From positions 1 through 61,530 of the forward strand of contig CASEOW010000043.1 of assembly GCA_949289785.1 (NCBI GenBank): DNA of 61,530 nt, in the 5' to 3' direction. Of this stretch, positions 60,442 to 61,530 are shown one piece after another (the first letter of the stretch is position 1; each line of letters begins with the position of its first letter). Source of the stretch: an uncultured Bacillota bacterium (lineage in GTDB: Bacteria; Bacillota; Clostridia; Christensenellales; UBA1242). The translations under genes were made by a program, and so were the position numbers. The notes beneath the pieces were generated by a model, which was not told the DNA's origin, did not search any database, and saw only the letters and a program-made list of their open reading frames with translations.

Positions 60442-61264
60442 AATTATAATCATTATTATAAAAAAATCTACAAATTTAAAATGATTTAATAAGCAAACAA
60501 ATACTAATTATATAATTCTTTATTTAATATTATAATTAAAAATTATCTAAAATCTATATTAACTTTTAATTATTGAAGAAAGTAATTTTAAATATAAAGT
60601 AAATTAAAAATACTGATTTACATTAAAAACACAATATAAAAATTTTATATAATAATTTAAAATTACACTACTTTTATTGATAATATAAAAACTATTAATA
60701 AAAAAATATATTATATATAATGTTGTTCTTAAAAAAAATAAAAAATTATATAAATTGCTAAATATATAATAAAATACAGTTGTAATAATTACATAAATAC
60801 AAAATTATTGAAATAATCCAAAACAAATTAAAAAAGTTGCATAAAATAATTAAAATTGAATTATAGTAAAACATTATATGTTATTATATTCACTTCTCAA
60901 AGTACAAAAAAATTAAAAATGGTAAAAATAAATAATCTAATCATGAGTTTTCAATAAATTATATGATAATCTTTAATACATTTGCTAACATATGAGATAT
61001 AACATAAGTATTCAAGACTAATATAAATTATAATAATAAAATTAACTATTTTTCAAACATTACATAACATTAAAATAAATTAAATATATTCTCAGAATTA
61101 ATCCTACTAAAGTTTATTATTTTATAAACAGGCCATCATAATTATATACTGTCAAACAAAACAATTCTAAATTATTAATAATGTTTAATTATTTTATAGA
61201 GTTTGTTGATCTCGCCTTGATATAAATCAAAAATGTCAACTTAGGAGTTCGAAAATAATTTGCC

Positions 61265-61288
61265 AACCACTTTATTTAGTGGTTTTTT
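61265..61288 (+). terminator. Orphan intrinsic terminator
   Basis: aaccact-ttattt-agtggtt plus T-run, with no adjacent ORF. Confidence 0.65.
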
Positions 61289-61363
61289 ATTTATTAAAAT
61301 CTATATATTGTGTATCTTTCATCAATTTTTTCACTTTTTTGCATTTTTCGAACTAACTTTCAA

Positions 61364-61398
61364 ACCAAAGTATACCAAAAGTATACCAAAATTACCCC
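61364..61398. repeat. 11-bp tandem direct repeat
   Basis: GTATACCAAAA at 61370-61380 and 61381-61391, with partial copies on both sides. Confidence 0.8.
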
Positions 61399-61530
61399 CT
61401 AAAAAAACACCCAAAAACTACGACACACCTTACTAAAGGCAACAACCTAAATTCATTGCCATTTATCAAAATAATATATTCTTTTCTCTATGAAATAAAT
61501 TATTCCATATAATTAAATAAATAGGATAAA

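Noticed and set aside
60442-61530. CRISPR array or oriC in the terminal non-coding region
   Set aside because: No regularly spaced 25-40 bp repeats, no cas genes and no DnaA-box cluster.

Overview
Very AT-rich chromosomal window from a low-GC Firmicute (Clostridia-like, probably a genome-reduced spore-forming gut lineage; this is inference from gpr, ytfI/ytfJ, dacB, yuzA and gene order). Most genes are on the minus strand and are housekeeping: cmk, galU, rpsA, plsC, rluB, rpsT, hpf, clpC, mcsB, tex, dinB, trxB, rplM-rpsI, minD, tsaBE, rnj, greA, rlmH, tadA, plus tRNA-Thr(CGT). No integrase, transposase or CRISPR array is visible. The best candidate for an undescribed system is a plus-strand two-gene operon (about 29.9-37.7 kb). 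It has a consensus promoter and a long structured leader, and encodes a type II membrane protein plus a 2036-aa exported protein of about 10 tandem 175-220 aa beta-rich modules that may be LolA/LppX-like lipid carriers. Other oddities: a receptor-like protein with four CBM-like modules; a 57-aa mini-McsA next to an McsB with the active-site Cys replaced by Ser and no ctsR; three intact proteins with eroded catalytic motifs (amidohydrolase, Ppx/GppA, MreB); a double Zn-finger protein with an acidic tail; a possible ADP-ribosyltransferase-fold orphan; several apparently leaderless genes; three small genes missing from the ORF track; and a possible mobile-element end in the last kilobase. All family calls come from motif recognition by eye; no searches were run.
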